Source: Schmidtea polychroa (lineage: Eukaryota). From it: a stretch of 64,000 nt of DNA. The position numbers were made by a program, and so were the translations under genes. Positions within the stretch are counted from its first letter, which is position 1. Each line of letters opens with the position of its first letter. The notes beneath the pieces were generated by a model. It was not told where the DNA came from and did no database searches. It saw only the letters and a program-made list of their open reading frames with translations. Location of the stretch: NCBI GenBank assembly GCA_044892525.1, contig CM097886.1, positions 76,570,001-76,634,000 of the forward strand, given 5' to 3'. Below are positions 40,560-50,012 of this stretch, piece by piece.

Positions 40560-41000
40560 GGTCTACCATTTAGAAATTTGGATTCTTGATTTATGATTAT
40601 ATGGTTTAAATTTTTTGTTCAATATTTTACGACGTTATGTTTTCGACTTAATGGTTATGATTTATACAATTATAGTCTACTATTTAGAAATTTAGATTTT
40701 TACTTTATGATTATATAGTTTTTGCTGACAATTTATATTCAACATTTTACGATCTTACATTTCAGACTTCATCGTTATGATTTGCCCTTTTATGATCTAC
40801 AGTTTAGATTTTTGATCCATAGTTGTATAGTTTATAACTTATAATACTATATTCGGTATTTTAGACTTTATGATTATACTTTACACTTTTAAAGTCTACA
40901 ATTTAGAAATTTAGGTTTTTAATTTATAGTTGGTAGTTTTATATTCAGTAATTTACGGTTTTAGGTCTATAATTTATCAATATAATTATCTCCAAGCTAT
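40560..41000. repeat. Degenerate ~100-120-bp tandem repeat, ~4 copies
   Basis: gtctac(c/t/a)atttagaaattt(a/g)g anchors at 40561, 40675, ~40795 and 40894. Confidence 0.65.
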
Positions 41001-42908
41001 TATAGTTATTTATAAAAGTTATAATCAATTATTTATACCTTTAGGAATATGTTACAGTGAGAATTTAGATTCGGGATTCTTTTAAATTTATAACTTTTTC
41101 CTTTACGTTGGATTCATTAAGTCGGTGATTTATTCACAGGTCTATCCAAATTTAAGCTCTACTTAGACATAGGCCGAAGAATTTTACCATTTCTATTATT
41201 CCAATTACCATGGGCTCCTATTACCAAACCTAATTCGGCATATGTCCAAGTGTACCAAAATATTATTATTGATCAACCAACTACATTAATGTGCTTGCAG
41301 AATTGTGTAAGTTTAGGTATGAGCTCTACTCAATTTAGGACCTTAGTGTGGAGTCGTTGTTTATGATTTTGAATGTGGATTTTTCATGTGTATTAAACGA
41401 AAGTCGGGAAGAATATTGCTTCCATGGCCCCACTGTGACCACTTCTACAAACCTTAGTGTTGTGTGCTGAGTCAACCATTTACGGTTGACCTTGAATAAA
41501 TACAAAGAGTCAGGCGGAGGGTTTCCTCGACCTAACTCCATGGCAGGACCATGAAGTAGTTCGACCTCCGGCTGACCCGAACAAAAAGAAATCATATAAT
41601 AAATATCACTATAATAATGATAATGCGTGTCTGCATGTCCTGTTAATAACGATTTTAATAACTTGGATGCAGGACTGAACAACGACGCAGGAATACCAGT
41701 ACGCCGTTGATCACTCATACATCGCAAAAAATTTTAAGCAAAAATAGATTTAAAATACCATCTATATAATTAAACAATTAATATACAAATAAAGATCAAT
41801 GCTTACTATCGATTTTGGAAATTTCGTCACAAAAATTTGGCATAAAAAGTGATTGATTGTGACTGAAACGTGTCAGTATATATACCTATTTTGTACACGT
41901 GTATGTATTGATGCATTAAAACAAACTCGAATTCTTTTTATTCCAGAATTTTCTATTTTACGATTTTGCTATTTTTAATGGCAATTTTTGTGCCATAATT
42001 TTTGTTTTTATTTTTATATTTTTATTTTTTAATTATTTTTCATTAATTTTACGTCCATGATGGATTTGGAACGGTTCCAGAACATTCTATTTTACTTTTA
42101 ATTTAATTTTTATTTTAACTGATGTTTTTATGAATTCTTTTTGAGATTTTTTTTTTTTTTTTTTTTTTTTATTTTTAATACTAATTTATTTATTTTCCTT
42201 AACTTTTGTTGTTCTAGATAACTTTTGTGATGGTCATCGCCATTTTTATAGAATGTTCTGGGTTTTTCTGGAATGTTTTACTGTTTTTATCGTCTTTTAA
42301 GTTATTCGAGTCTGTTTTTTGTAACTCTGTGTTTATTTGGTTATTTTTGAGTTAGATTTTTGCATCACTTCTTGCTTTTGTATAATTTTGTTTAATTTCT
42401 TTGTTTATGTTTTTGTTGCTTTCTCCTTTAGTTAATATTGTTTATTTGATGTAATTTTAATATTTAGCTAAACGTCTTGCTTTTGCATGTTGTGTACCTG
42501 CACCTTTCAGTCACAATTCAAGTTTGGGTCTAGAAGTCAGTTCTAGCCCAACATAAAACACTCGGGGGCCCATAAAATTGCGACCCGCAATTTAAATCAC
42601 AAGATGAAGAAAATTATTTTTCAGAATACTTGCACTATATTACAAGTGCCTACATGCAAATTGGGTCTACGAGCTACAGGGTCGTGACCTCAATACCCAC
42701 ATACATAAAAAGGCTACTATTATACTACATTCTACGGATGGGTTGAAAGATGAAGAAAAAGAACGACCGAGGTCGGTCCACACAAAAATAAAATTATCAT
42801 GCTCAAGAATCAATGTTATTAGTCACAATCAGTCTCAGTCTTTGAAATCATGATTGTTTGATAATGTTTTATAATGTCATGAAATGTTTATACTGTCGTG
42901 ATGTCACA

Positions 42909-43883
42909 TTAATAAAATTCGGTTGTTCGGGATCTCGTCTCGATGACGGCTCTGGTTTCAATGTTTGGGGAAGATTTGAAGTAGCTTGGTTGGTTCGTTG
43001 TTTGGACTAGCTGTTCTTCCATTGGGATACGAATACTTCTTGATTGTTCCTTTAGTTTGAGGGTTTTGTTTCTTTCTTTACTGGAATTGGGTTTGAGTGC
43101 AATCAGGCTCAGTACGGTGATGTTTATCATTAGGCTCGCCGCTAATAGGATCAATATTGTGAGGGATTCAGACTCTCTCGGTTCTATTACTTTGGGTTTG
43201 TTCATAATTTCTTTTAATTGGGTTGTATCCGCCGTTTCTGATTTTTCGGGCTTATTGAATTTGTTTTCTTCTGAGGTGACAACTTTCTTTATTGCCTCAA
43301 GGGTTTTAATCATCTTCTCGGAGTTCGTTGGGTTTTTGTTTATGGTAGTTAGGATTTCCCTTGTCATTTCTTTCAAGGTTTTCGTTACCTCATTTTTAAT
43401 GCTGGGTTCCTCTTTGATGATGGAAGTTATTTTTCCTTTCATTTCCTCCAAAGATTTTACTACTGTTTCGCAATTGCTTGAACGTCCATAGGCGGTTGCT
43501 GTTACCTGTTGTTTTATTTCCTCTAATATTATTACCATCATTCTCATTGCGGCTGGATCTGTTTGGGATTCTCTCTTTGATTTCTGACTTTGACATTGTT
43601 TGGCTAATGTTGCTATCTGGGTTCTGATAACTTTCATTTCTTGTTCTAACATTGTTTTTATTGTCTGAGCCATTTGCACTTCCGTCGAACTTTCAGTTGT
43701 TTGTGGACATTGCGAACATTGTAACTTGATTTGTTCGCATTCCTCATTGGGTTTTTCGCAGATCGATTTAAAGCTACTACATCTGCGATATGGGTATTCT
43801 TTCTGGCATCTGATCATTGATTCTTCTGCTTGCAGGATTTTTGGCATTGTCATTATAATCATCATCACGATTAGGCTTCTCAT
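42909..43883 (-). CDS. 324-aa type I membrane protein (signal peptide, Cys-rich N-terminus, coiled coil, TM)
   Basis: MRSLIVMMIIMTMPKILQA signal; 6 Cys within 31 aa; TM LTILILLAASLMINITVLSLIAL; aag|ATG. Confidence 0.75.
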   Translation of the reverse strand: MRSLIVMMIIMTMPKILQAEESMIRCQKEYPYRRCSSFKSICEKPNEECEQIKLQCSQCPQTTESSTEVQMAQTIKTMLEQEMKVIRTQIATLAKQCQSQKSKRESQTDPAAMRMMVIILEEIKQQVTATAYGRSSNCETVVKSLEEMKGKITSIIKEEPSIKNEVTKTLKEMTREILTTINKNPTNSEKMIKTLEAIKKVVTSEENKFNKPEKSETADTTQLKEIMNKPKVIEPRESESLTILILLAASLMINITVLSLIALKPNSSKERNKTLKLKEQSRSIRIPMEEQLVQTTNQPSYFKSSPNIETRAVIETRSRTTEFY

Positions 43884-43959
43884 CTTTACATATACATATA
43901 TGTTAATAATAATTACTTGGCTTTATTTACAATTTATTTACACGGTTATTTTGTCTCAT

Positions 43960-44727
43960 TTATTGGGAGCCACCGACCTCATCCCTTAATTTTACGGGAG
44001 GTTCAGGTGCTCGTCTTTTGCTCAACTCGTTCATTCTTATTACTTCGAGTTGCGTTGCTATCAACTGTCTCTTTAATTCTGGTATTTCTTGTAATTGCTT
44101 CTCTTTACTTTTCCATTTTCTCTGCTTGATGGTTATTGCCGTCTGCAATGCTTGCATGCTTCGTCGTTTTTGATTTAAGATTCTCCGGTAATTTTCTTTC
44201 AACTTCCATTGTTTTTCTGTTTCCTCTCTTTGTTCCTTGATCTCTTCCTTGAGTTTTACATTTCTCTTCTCGACTTTTTTACTTTCTCGCACTCTTGTTT
44301 TTGCATAAGCATATTGTGCTTCTAACTGCTCGATATAGACTTGGTCGATATTCACAATCTTTTTCAACTTCCTTGTTTCTGATTTCCAATAATCTTCGAT
44401 TACTGCCTGAGCTCTCAACTCTACTATCTCTTGTCTCAGGTTTTTATTTTCTGTCTCTTTTCGTTTCGATTCCTTTATTTCCCTCAAAATTTCTTGCTTG
44501 ACAGTGTTTATTAATCGTCTTGATTGAACAATATGCTGCCTCAATCTCGTAATCTCTACATTTTGATTTGCAATCTTTAATTTGAACAACTTCTTGCTGA
44601 CTCTCCATTTATTGCTATAATATTTCATCGGTTCTTGCTTGATTGGTATCATATCCTGGTTTTGTTCAGGTTGGTCGTTTGACTTTCCTTCGTTACTCGT
44701 TGATTCTCTTTCTTTTAAATAATTCAT
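43960..44727 (-). CDS. ~255-aa basic coiled-coil accessory protein
   Basis: Intact ORF; likely start MNYLK after tatttttgtag-at; heptad-rich in K/E/R/Q. Confidence 0.7.
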   Translation of the reverse strand: MNYLKERESTSNEGKSNDQPEQNQDMIPIKQEPMKYYSNKWRVSKKLFKLKIANQNVEITRLRQHIVQSRRLINTVKQEILREIKESKRKETENKNLRQEIVELRAQAVIEDYWKSETRKLKKIVNIDQVYIEQLEAQYAYAKTRVRESKKVEKRNVKLKEEIKEQREETEKQWKLKENYRRILNQKRRSMQALQTAITIKQRKWKSKEKQLQEIPELKRQLIATQLEVIRMNELSKRRAPEPPVKLRDEVGGSQ

Positions 44728-44818
44728 ATCTACAAAAATATACATATCATATTTCCTTTTGTCTTCTTTTTATTCTGAATTTTTCGGTTTTGTAATTTTT
44801 ATTTGGTTTTGGTTTTAT

Positions 44819-44819
<1 letters not shown>

Positions 44820-44862
<43 letters not shown>
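44820..44862 (-). repeat. 43-nt poly(A) tract (element sense strand)
   Basis: T43 on the plus strand, ~33 nt past the stop of the 44895 ORF. Confidence 0.9.
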
Positions 44863-44894
44863 CATTCTTATTTACAGGCAACATCTCCCTTCGA

Positions 44895-46493
44895 CTAAAT
44901 CCATGTTGCGTTATTTTGTTCGTTATTTTCATCGAAGCCTTCATCTGTGGTGACTTCGGCAGGCTGTGGCACTTGCAACGGGAACGGGTAGAGTGGCATT
45001 AATAATATTGGTGGTTGTCTCCTTAACCGATCTATTTCCTCTCGTAGTTCCGTTGAGATGTTTATTTCCTCATCCAATAAAAACGTTAATCTACCTTCGT
45101 TTTCTATCATTTCGTTTAATTCCTCTTCCAATCGTTGGGTTCTTTCGAGCGTTTTTAGTTTCTCAATTTCCGCTCTCAAATTTGCTTCATTTTCTTCGAA
45201 GCATCGTTTTATTATCTCGGTTTCCTGTTTGGTTTGTTGAATTGTCTTGTCGCACTCCTCTCTATATTTCGCATTAAGCTCAATCTGGTGCTTCCAATTC
45301 ACATCCCTTTGGGTGTACATACCTTTATATCCGTTCATCTCTTGATTGGCTTCTTCCACTTCGGTTTGTAATTGTCGGATCTGTCGATCTTGGTCTGTCA
45401 ATTGTTGTTCCCATCTCTTTTCCTGGAATTCATACCTTCTTATTTCTCGAGTCTGTTTCTTTATGATTCTCTGTCTACCGTCGCTGATCCGCGTCTTGAT
45501 TCTATATTCTCTACTCAATCGGCTGATCTCATCTTTTTGGTTTTCTATCGTTTCCCATATTTTAAATTCGTCTCTTTCCATCAGTTTTATTGGTAACTGT
45601 CTTAACTCCTCTTTGGTCTCTTTCCAATTCTTTTTCCATTTTCGGGCTTGATGCTTGAGACACTTTTCGGTTTCCTCAGTTTTCTGCTGTCGTTTTCTCC
45701 ACTCTACTTCCTCTTCTTCTCGCTGTGCAGCTCTTGTTTCGTAAAATTCTTGGTCTGCTTTTCGTAATCGCAGTTGTTCCTTGCTACTGATTTTCCAATA
45801 GAGCACTTGAGTTTGACTTCCTAGGTATTTATACTTCCATTTCTGGGCTTGTATCTTTATTTGTGTGTTAATTCGCTCTAATACGTTATCTCTAACAATT
45901 GGTTCTCTATGCGGTGTTCTCCTCCCTTGCCCTCTGACTTCGTTTAGGGTCTTTTTGCATCTTTCCCATTTTTCTTTCATCATTGCGCATTTGCCCTTTA
46001 CTTCTTCTAGTTCGGCCTTGTAATTCCGTATTTGATGTTCGTGACTATCATTCTGCCTTGTCTGGAGGGTTTCGTACTTTAGCTTCCATTGTTGCGCTTG
46101 TAGTTTTATTCGTTCCGTTTTACGCTGTTCCTCCTCGTATTGCTCCTTTGCTTCCCTAATTTGTGCCTTCTGCATTATTATCTCTCCGCATAACCCAACT
46201 ATCTCCATAATCCGCTGAGTTCGTAAATTCGAGAGCTCTTCCTCCAATTCTTGGTATGTTGAGGTATTTCTCACATCCTCGGTTAATTCCTCTACCTGTT
46301 TCATCCACTCCTCCTTTGTTGCTAGTGCTTCCGCCTTCTCCGCTTCTAATTCTTGTTGCTTTTTCTCATACATGGTTTTGTACATTTCTATTTCTCTCTT
46401 TACTCTTTCTGCTTCGTATGTTTGTATGATGGATTTGTACTGTTCGAGTTGTTGCATCTCGGTTTCCACATAGGTTTGTGATTCTTTATTCAT
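44895..46493 (-). CDS. 532-aa long coiled-coil accessory protein
   Basis: Intact ORF, E/K/Q/R-rich, repeated QAxxWKxK motif; attatttag-aca-ATG. Confidence 0.8.
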   Translation of the reverse strand: MNKESQTYVETEMQQLEQYKSIIQTYEAERVKREIEMYKTMYEKKQQELEAEKAEALATKEEWMKQVEELTEDVRNTSTYQELEEELSNLRTQRIMEIVGLCGEIIMQKAQIREAKEQYEEEQRKTERIKLQAQQWKLKYETLQTRQNDSHEHQIRNYKAELEEVKGKCAMMKEKWERCKKTLNEVRGQGRRTPHREPIVRDNVLERINTQIKIQAQKWKYKYLGSQTQVLYWKISSKEQLRLRKADQEFYETRAAQREEEEVEWRKRQQKTEETEKCLKHQARKWKKNWKETKEELRQLPIKLMERDEFKIWETIENQKDEISRLSREYRIKTRISDGRQRIIKKQTREIRRYEFQEKRWEQQLTDQDRQIRQLQTEVEEANQEMNGYKGMYTQRDVNWKHQIELNAKYREECDKTIQQTKQETEIIKRCFEENEANLRAEIEKLKTLERTQRLEEELNEMIENEGRLTFLLDEEINISTELREEIDRLRRQPPILLMPLYPFPLQVPQPAEVTTDEGFDENNEQNNATWI

Positions 46494-46575
46494 TGTCTAA
46501 ATAATTACACTATTACTACCACTATTATTTCATACATTTATTATCTACACTTTATACACGGAATTTTAATTTTTG

Positions 46576-47754
46576 TTATTGATCGGCGTAGCGGAATCCT
46601 TTGATTCGCTGCGCAATCCTCTGTCTGCACATCGGACATTCCTTTACTTTTCTACTACATGTGGCACATGCGATCAAATGTCCGCATGGCATATGAATAA
46701 CTTCTACACTCCTCTCCCAACACATAGTACATTTGATATCTCGTAAGATAGCTGTTTTGACCATTGATTCTTCTTTTATTTTTGTTTCAGGTTTTTCTCT
46801 ATACTGGGTTATCGCTCTGATCATATCGTACGTTGTTGTTGGTATATGTACATTTTTCTGTAGTTTCTCTCTAATCATGTTCTTTGCCCTTGTCGTGCCT
46901 ATTCCGGCTGCTTTCAACGCTCTGCACATGTTGGGTTTGTCTACCACTTCGTCAACCTCTTCCTCTGTTACTAGTACTTCCGGATATTCGGTTTCTTGTT
47001 CGTTGTGATATAGGCACCATGCTTGATGTCTAATTTCTGGTATGCCTTCTTCCGGTAATCTCTGTTGGCTTTCGCATCTTTCACACTTTAGTATTTGATT
47101 TTCTGTTAGGTAGAACCCTCTTATTGCTAATTCAGGTCCTCTCGTATCATCTCCGAACGTTTTCATTCTATTATCTGCTATTTGCGTGAGGAATTCCCCT
47201 TCACAAGTTGGAACATACTCATCAACGATTCTGGTTATCGCGATGCTCATTTTCCCTCCTTTTTCGTCTTCAGTTTTCAATTTCTCCAAGGCTTCGTATT
47301 TGATTTCCGGTTTGTTGTGTACATCAAATCCCAGTACGAATAGACAAGTTGGGAATCGTCTACGATGTTCCTCCTTTGGGTGTTCTCCTTTTTTCCATTC
47401 TGCTAATTTCCCTTTACAGAAACGACATGTTACTTGATCGGGTATCTCTGGTTTTCCGGAGAAGAAAAATCCGTCGCGTGCTAGCGCTCGGCTCTGTTCC
47501 TTGGTGAAAATGGTCTGATGTTCAAATGACAGATATCTCTGGTTCTCACATCTGAATTGTTCATTATCTCCCAGTTTCAAATTTTCGTGTACCCAATTAT
47601 AATCGTTTCCCATTCTCCGATAATATGCGTAACTACTTGGTTTTGTTTTGCTGACTTCCGCATCCTTCACTCTTTCTCTAGGTGACATATTGTCCTCTTC
47701 CTCTCTCATTGTGATCGTTTTCTTTCGGATATTCGGTCTCTCTTGATTAATCAT
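46576..47754 (-). CDS. Inhibitor of apoptosis protein (BIR + degenerate BIR + UBA-like + RING), intronless
   Basis: LARDGFFF...VTCRFC...W..GEHP.EEHRRRFPTCLFV; C-terminal RING CTMC...PCGHLIACATC....CPMCR. Confidence 0.92.
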   Translation of the reverse strand: MINQERPNIRKKTITMREEEDNMSPRERVKDAEVSKTKPSSYAYYRRMGNDYNWVHENLKLGDNEQFRCENQRYLSFEHQTIFTKEQSRALARDGFFFSGKPEIPDQVTCRFCKGKLAEWKKGEHPKEEHRRRFPTCLFVLGFDVHNKPEIKYEALEKLKTEDEKGGKMSIAITRIVDEYVPTCEGEFLTQIADNRMKTFGDDTRGPELAIRGFYLTENQILKCERCESQQRLPEEGIPEIRHQAWCLYHNEQETEYPEVLVTEEEVDEVVDKPNMCRALKAAGIGTTRAKNMIREKLQKNVHIPTTTYDMIRAITQYREKPETKIKEESMVKTAILRDIKCTMCWERSVEVIHMPCGHLIACATCSRKVKECPMCRQRIAQRIKGFRYADQ

Positions 47755-47894
47755 CTATAATAAATTTCATCATTTCTTTTTACATTTTCTTTTTCTAATT
47801 TTTATGGTTTTGGCAAGTTACTTTACTGTATACAATAACTTTATATTTACTTTACGTCGTTTTTACAAAATATTTACAGTTCCCTCCTATCCGT

Positions 47895-49319
47895 CTATCG
47901 TATTTCTATTGTTGGTCCTTCCTCATCTAGTTCGATTAGGAAGAATATAGTGTCCTTTTCTATGTAGGACCCTTCATTAAATTGGTATAGCTGCATAAAC
48001 TCTGCTACTCCTACCGCAGGATTAACCTCTGTAATCGGTTTATTCCCTGCTGGACTGGATGCTCGAAAACACATTATATGTGTCTTTTTTGCTCCTAAGA
48101 GAGATATTTTTAATCTATGTCGGAATGGCCATGCTATTAGGTCGTCAAAATCTCCTTTACAAATTTGCATATATATGGACATGCACCGATCTTTAAACTT
48201 TCCTTCACCATTTGGAAACCATCTCAATTTCATCTTGTATCCATGTTTCTTGGCGTAGAATGGTTTGCTCACTATCGTTGTCTGGATTCCTTGCTTTGCT
48301 TGCTCCATTATTTCCGTTATTCCTTGGATTTTCCACATGTATGGTAGTATTGGTAGTTCCTCTGTTGTCAGTTCCTTTGTAGTCCATTTGGTTTGTAATT
48401 TAGTTACTTCGACTAATTTGTCGTCTAATTTCAACATCCTTTGTGTTACGGCTTCTCTCGTATTTTCGAAGCTTTCCTGTGAGCTCAGCATTTCTTTTAT
48501 CATGATTTTATGTGATTTGAGTTCGTCTTTGACGTCTTCAATTGCTCTTGCTGTTAACTCTATTGCTCTCATCATCTTTTGCATGTGCTCGAATGTATTC
48601 TCCTCCACATGCTTCTTCATTTCTTCTGCTGGTAATTGTGCTCTACAGTCGAATGTCACCATTGGGCATTTTATTGCTTTTCTCGTGCATATCTCCCAAT
48701 GTTCATTTAATCTGACGTTGTTAATTTCTCCACACTCGTTTGGGCATTTCCCTGTATATTCGTCGCAAATCCGTCTTTCTACTGCGTTTCGATGTTCCAT
48801 TTCGATTTCTCTCCAATTAGCAGTTTCTCCGCAAAATTCGCATTTTTCCGTTCGCGCTTTGCATTCCCCTTTATGTTTGGTTTTCTCTTTTCGTAAAAAC
48901 TTTACCGTGCATGCTTCGCATTCCGATTCTAGATATTCGCATACGTCTGTATGGGCTCTTAACTCCTTTACTCGGCCTGTCCATTCGCATGACCTTTGGG
49001 TGCATCTTATTTTCACTTCTCTGATTTCTCGGTTCATTGCTCTATCCGGTATCGTACCAGTGGGGACCAACTTAAATGCTTCTCCACATCCTGGACAAGT
49101 TTCTCGTTTTAGTCTGGCTAATCTTATATCACACCCTCGGCACAATCTACACCCGCATCGAGTTTGACTTGCTCCAATTAATAATCTTCTACATGCTGTA
49201 TCGGCACATAATAATCTCTCTTCGAACTCGTCCGGCTCGGCTTGGTATTTTCTCATCAACTCATAGTTAATCTTTTGTTCCTCTGCTTCTCTCCGGTTTT
49301 CCTCTGCTTTGTTTTGCAT
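47895..49319 (-). CDS. TRAF-like protein (RING, TRAF zinc fingers, coiled coil, MATH), intronless
   Basis: CGCRLCRGC..TCPGC, DRAMNREI, CEWTG...H..VC, MATH YMWKI..SKPFY..GYKMKLRWFPNG..SIY..ICKGDFDDLIAWPF. Confidence 0.93.
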   Translation of the reverse strand: MQNKAEENRREAEEQKINYELMRKYQAEPDEFEERLLCADTACRRLLIGASQTRCGCRLCRGCDIRLARLKRETCPGCGEAFKLVPTGTIPDRAMNREIREVKIRCTQRSCEWTGRVKELRAHTDVCEYLESECEACTVKFLRKEKTKHKGECKARTEKCEFCGETANWREIEMEHRNAVERRICDEYTGKCPNECGEINNVRLNEHWEICTRKAIKCPMVTFDCRAQLPAEEMKKHVEENTFEHMQKMMRAIELTARAIEDVKDELKSHKIMIKEMLSSQESFENTREAVTQRMLKLDDKLVEVTKLQTKWTTKELTTEELPILPYMWKIQGITEIMEQAKQGIQTTIVSKPFYAKKHGYKMKLRWFPNGEGKFKDRCMSIYMQICKGDFDDLIAWPFRHRLKISLLGAKKTHIMCFRASSPAGNKPITEVNPAVGVAEFMQLYQFNEGSYIEKDTIFFLIELDEEGPTIEIR

Positions 49320-49408
49320 TCTACAATGATGATTTTTAATCTTGGGATTTCTACTTGATTATAACTCTATTTATTTACAGGATTATTTACATTTCACTCC
49401 TTTTTCTC

Positions 49409-49864
49409 CTACACATCTACCGTCGAGTCCGGTTCCCCTGTTCCTGGTAACCCGGTCATCCACTCGACTAAACTGGTAATATCATCATGTTGTCGATTTT
49501 CATGCAACCTTCTAATTTCTTCCGCTTGCCATCTGATTTGGCTTATTAACTGATTGTTATTATACTCTAGTTGCGCGATTATTTGGTGTTGTTCCTCTAT
49601 TTTTGTAATATATATTGCATTTCTATTAATACTCTCTATCAACGCCGTTTGGTTTCGTACCCAGTGCTCTTGAGTCTGATTTGTCAATTGGGTCATTAAT
49701 TCACACTGTACCCTCCACATGGATCCTGTTGGCTGACTCGGCTGGTTTGGCACGTTCATTTCCATCATGTCTACTGGATGTACATTCATAAGCGGCTGTT
49801 CTCTTACTTCAACAACATGTGGTATCCTATTTGGGTGTTCTTGCTCTTCGTTTCTCTGGTTCAT
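49409..49864 (-). CDS. 151-aa small coiled-coil accessory protein
   Basis: Intact ORF, Q/N/E-rich heptads; tattataaatag-ga-ATG. Confidence 0.6.
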   Translation of the reverse strand: MNQRNEEQEHPNRIPHVVEVREQPLMNVHPVDMMEMNVPNQPSQPTGSMWRVQCELMTQLTNQTQEHWVRNQTALIESINRNAIYITKIEEQHQIIAQLEYNNNQLISQIRWQAEEIRRLHENRQHDDITSLVEWMTGLPGTGEPDSTVDV

Positions 49865-50012
49865 TCCTATTTATAATACATGGTCATCATACTTGTTTTT
49901 GATTTTTCTACATATTGTTTTAATTTACTACTTTTATTTTGTACATACTACTACTATTATCACTACTTTTATTATTTCATTTATACATTATTTACAACAA
50001 CTCCTCCTCTCG

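Larger units (their letters stand above)
37433..42900 (-). repeat. Candidate long 3' LTR / 3' noncoding region
   Basis: TGTAAC terminus-like motif, YY1-like AAAATGGCG near 37510, hairpins and internal repeats; the 5' LTR is outside the window so identity cannot be tested. Confidence 0.35.

Noticed and set aside
41051-41056. GTTACA as inner LTR end pairing with TGTAAC at 37433
   Set aside because: No adjacent polypurine tract; a 6-mer is expected by chance
41335-41727. 130-aa minus-strand ORF in the putative LTR
   Set aside because: TTG start, no acceptor-ATG signature, no recognisable motif
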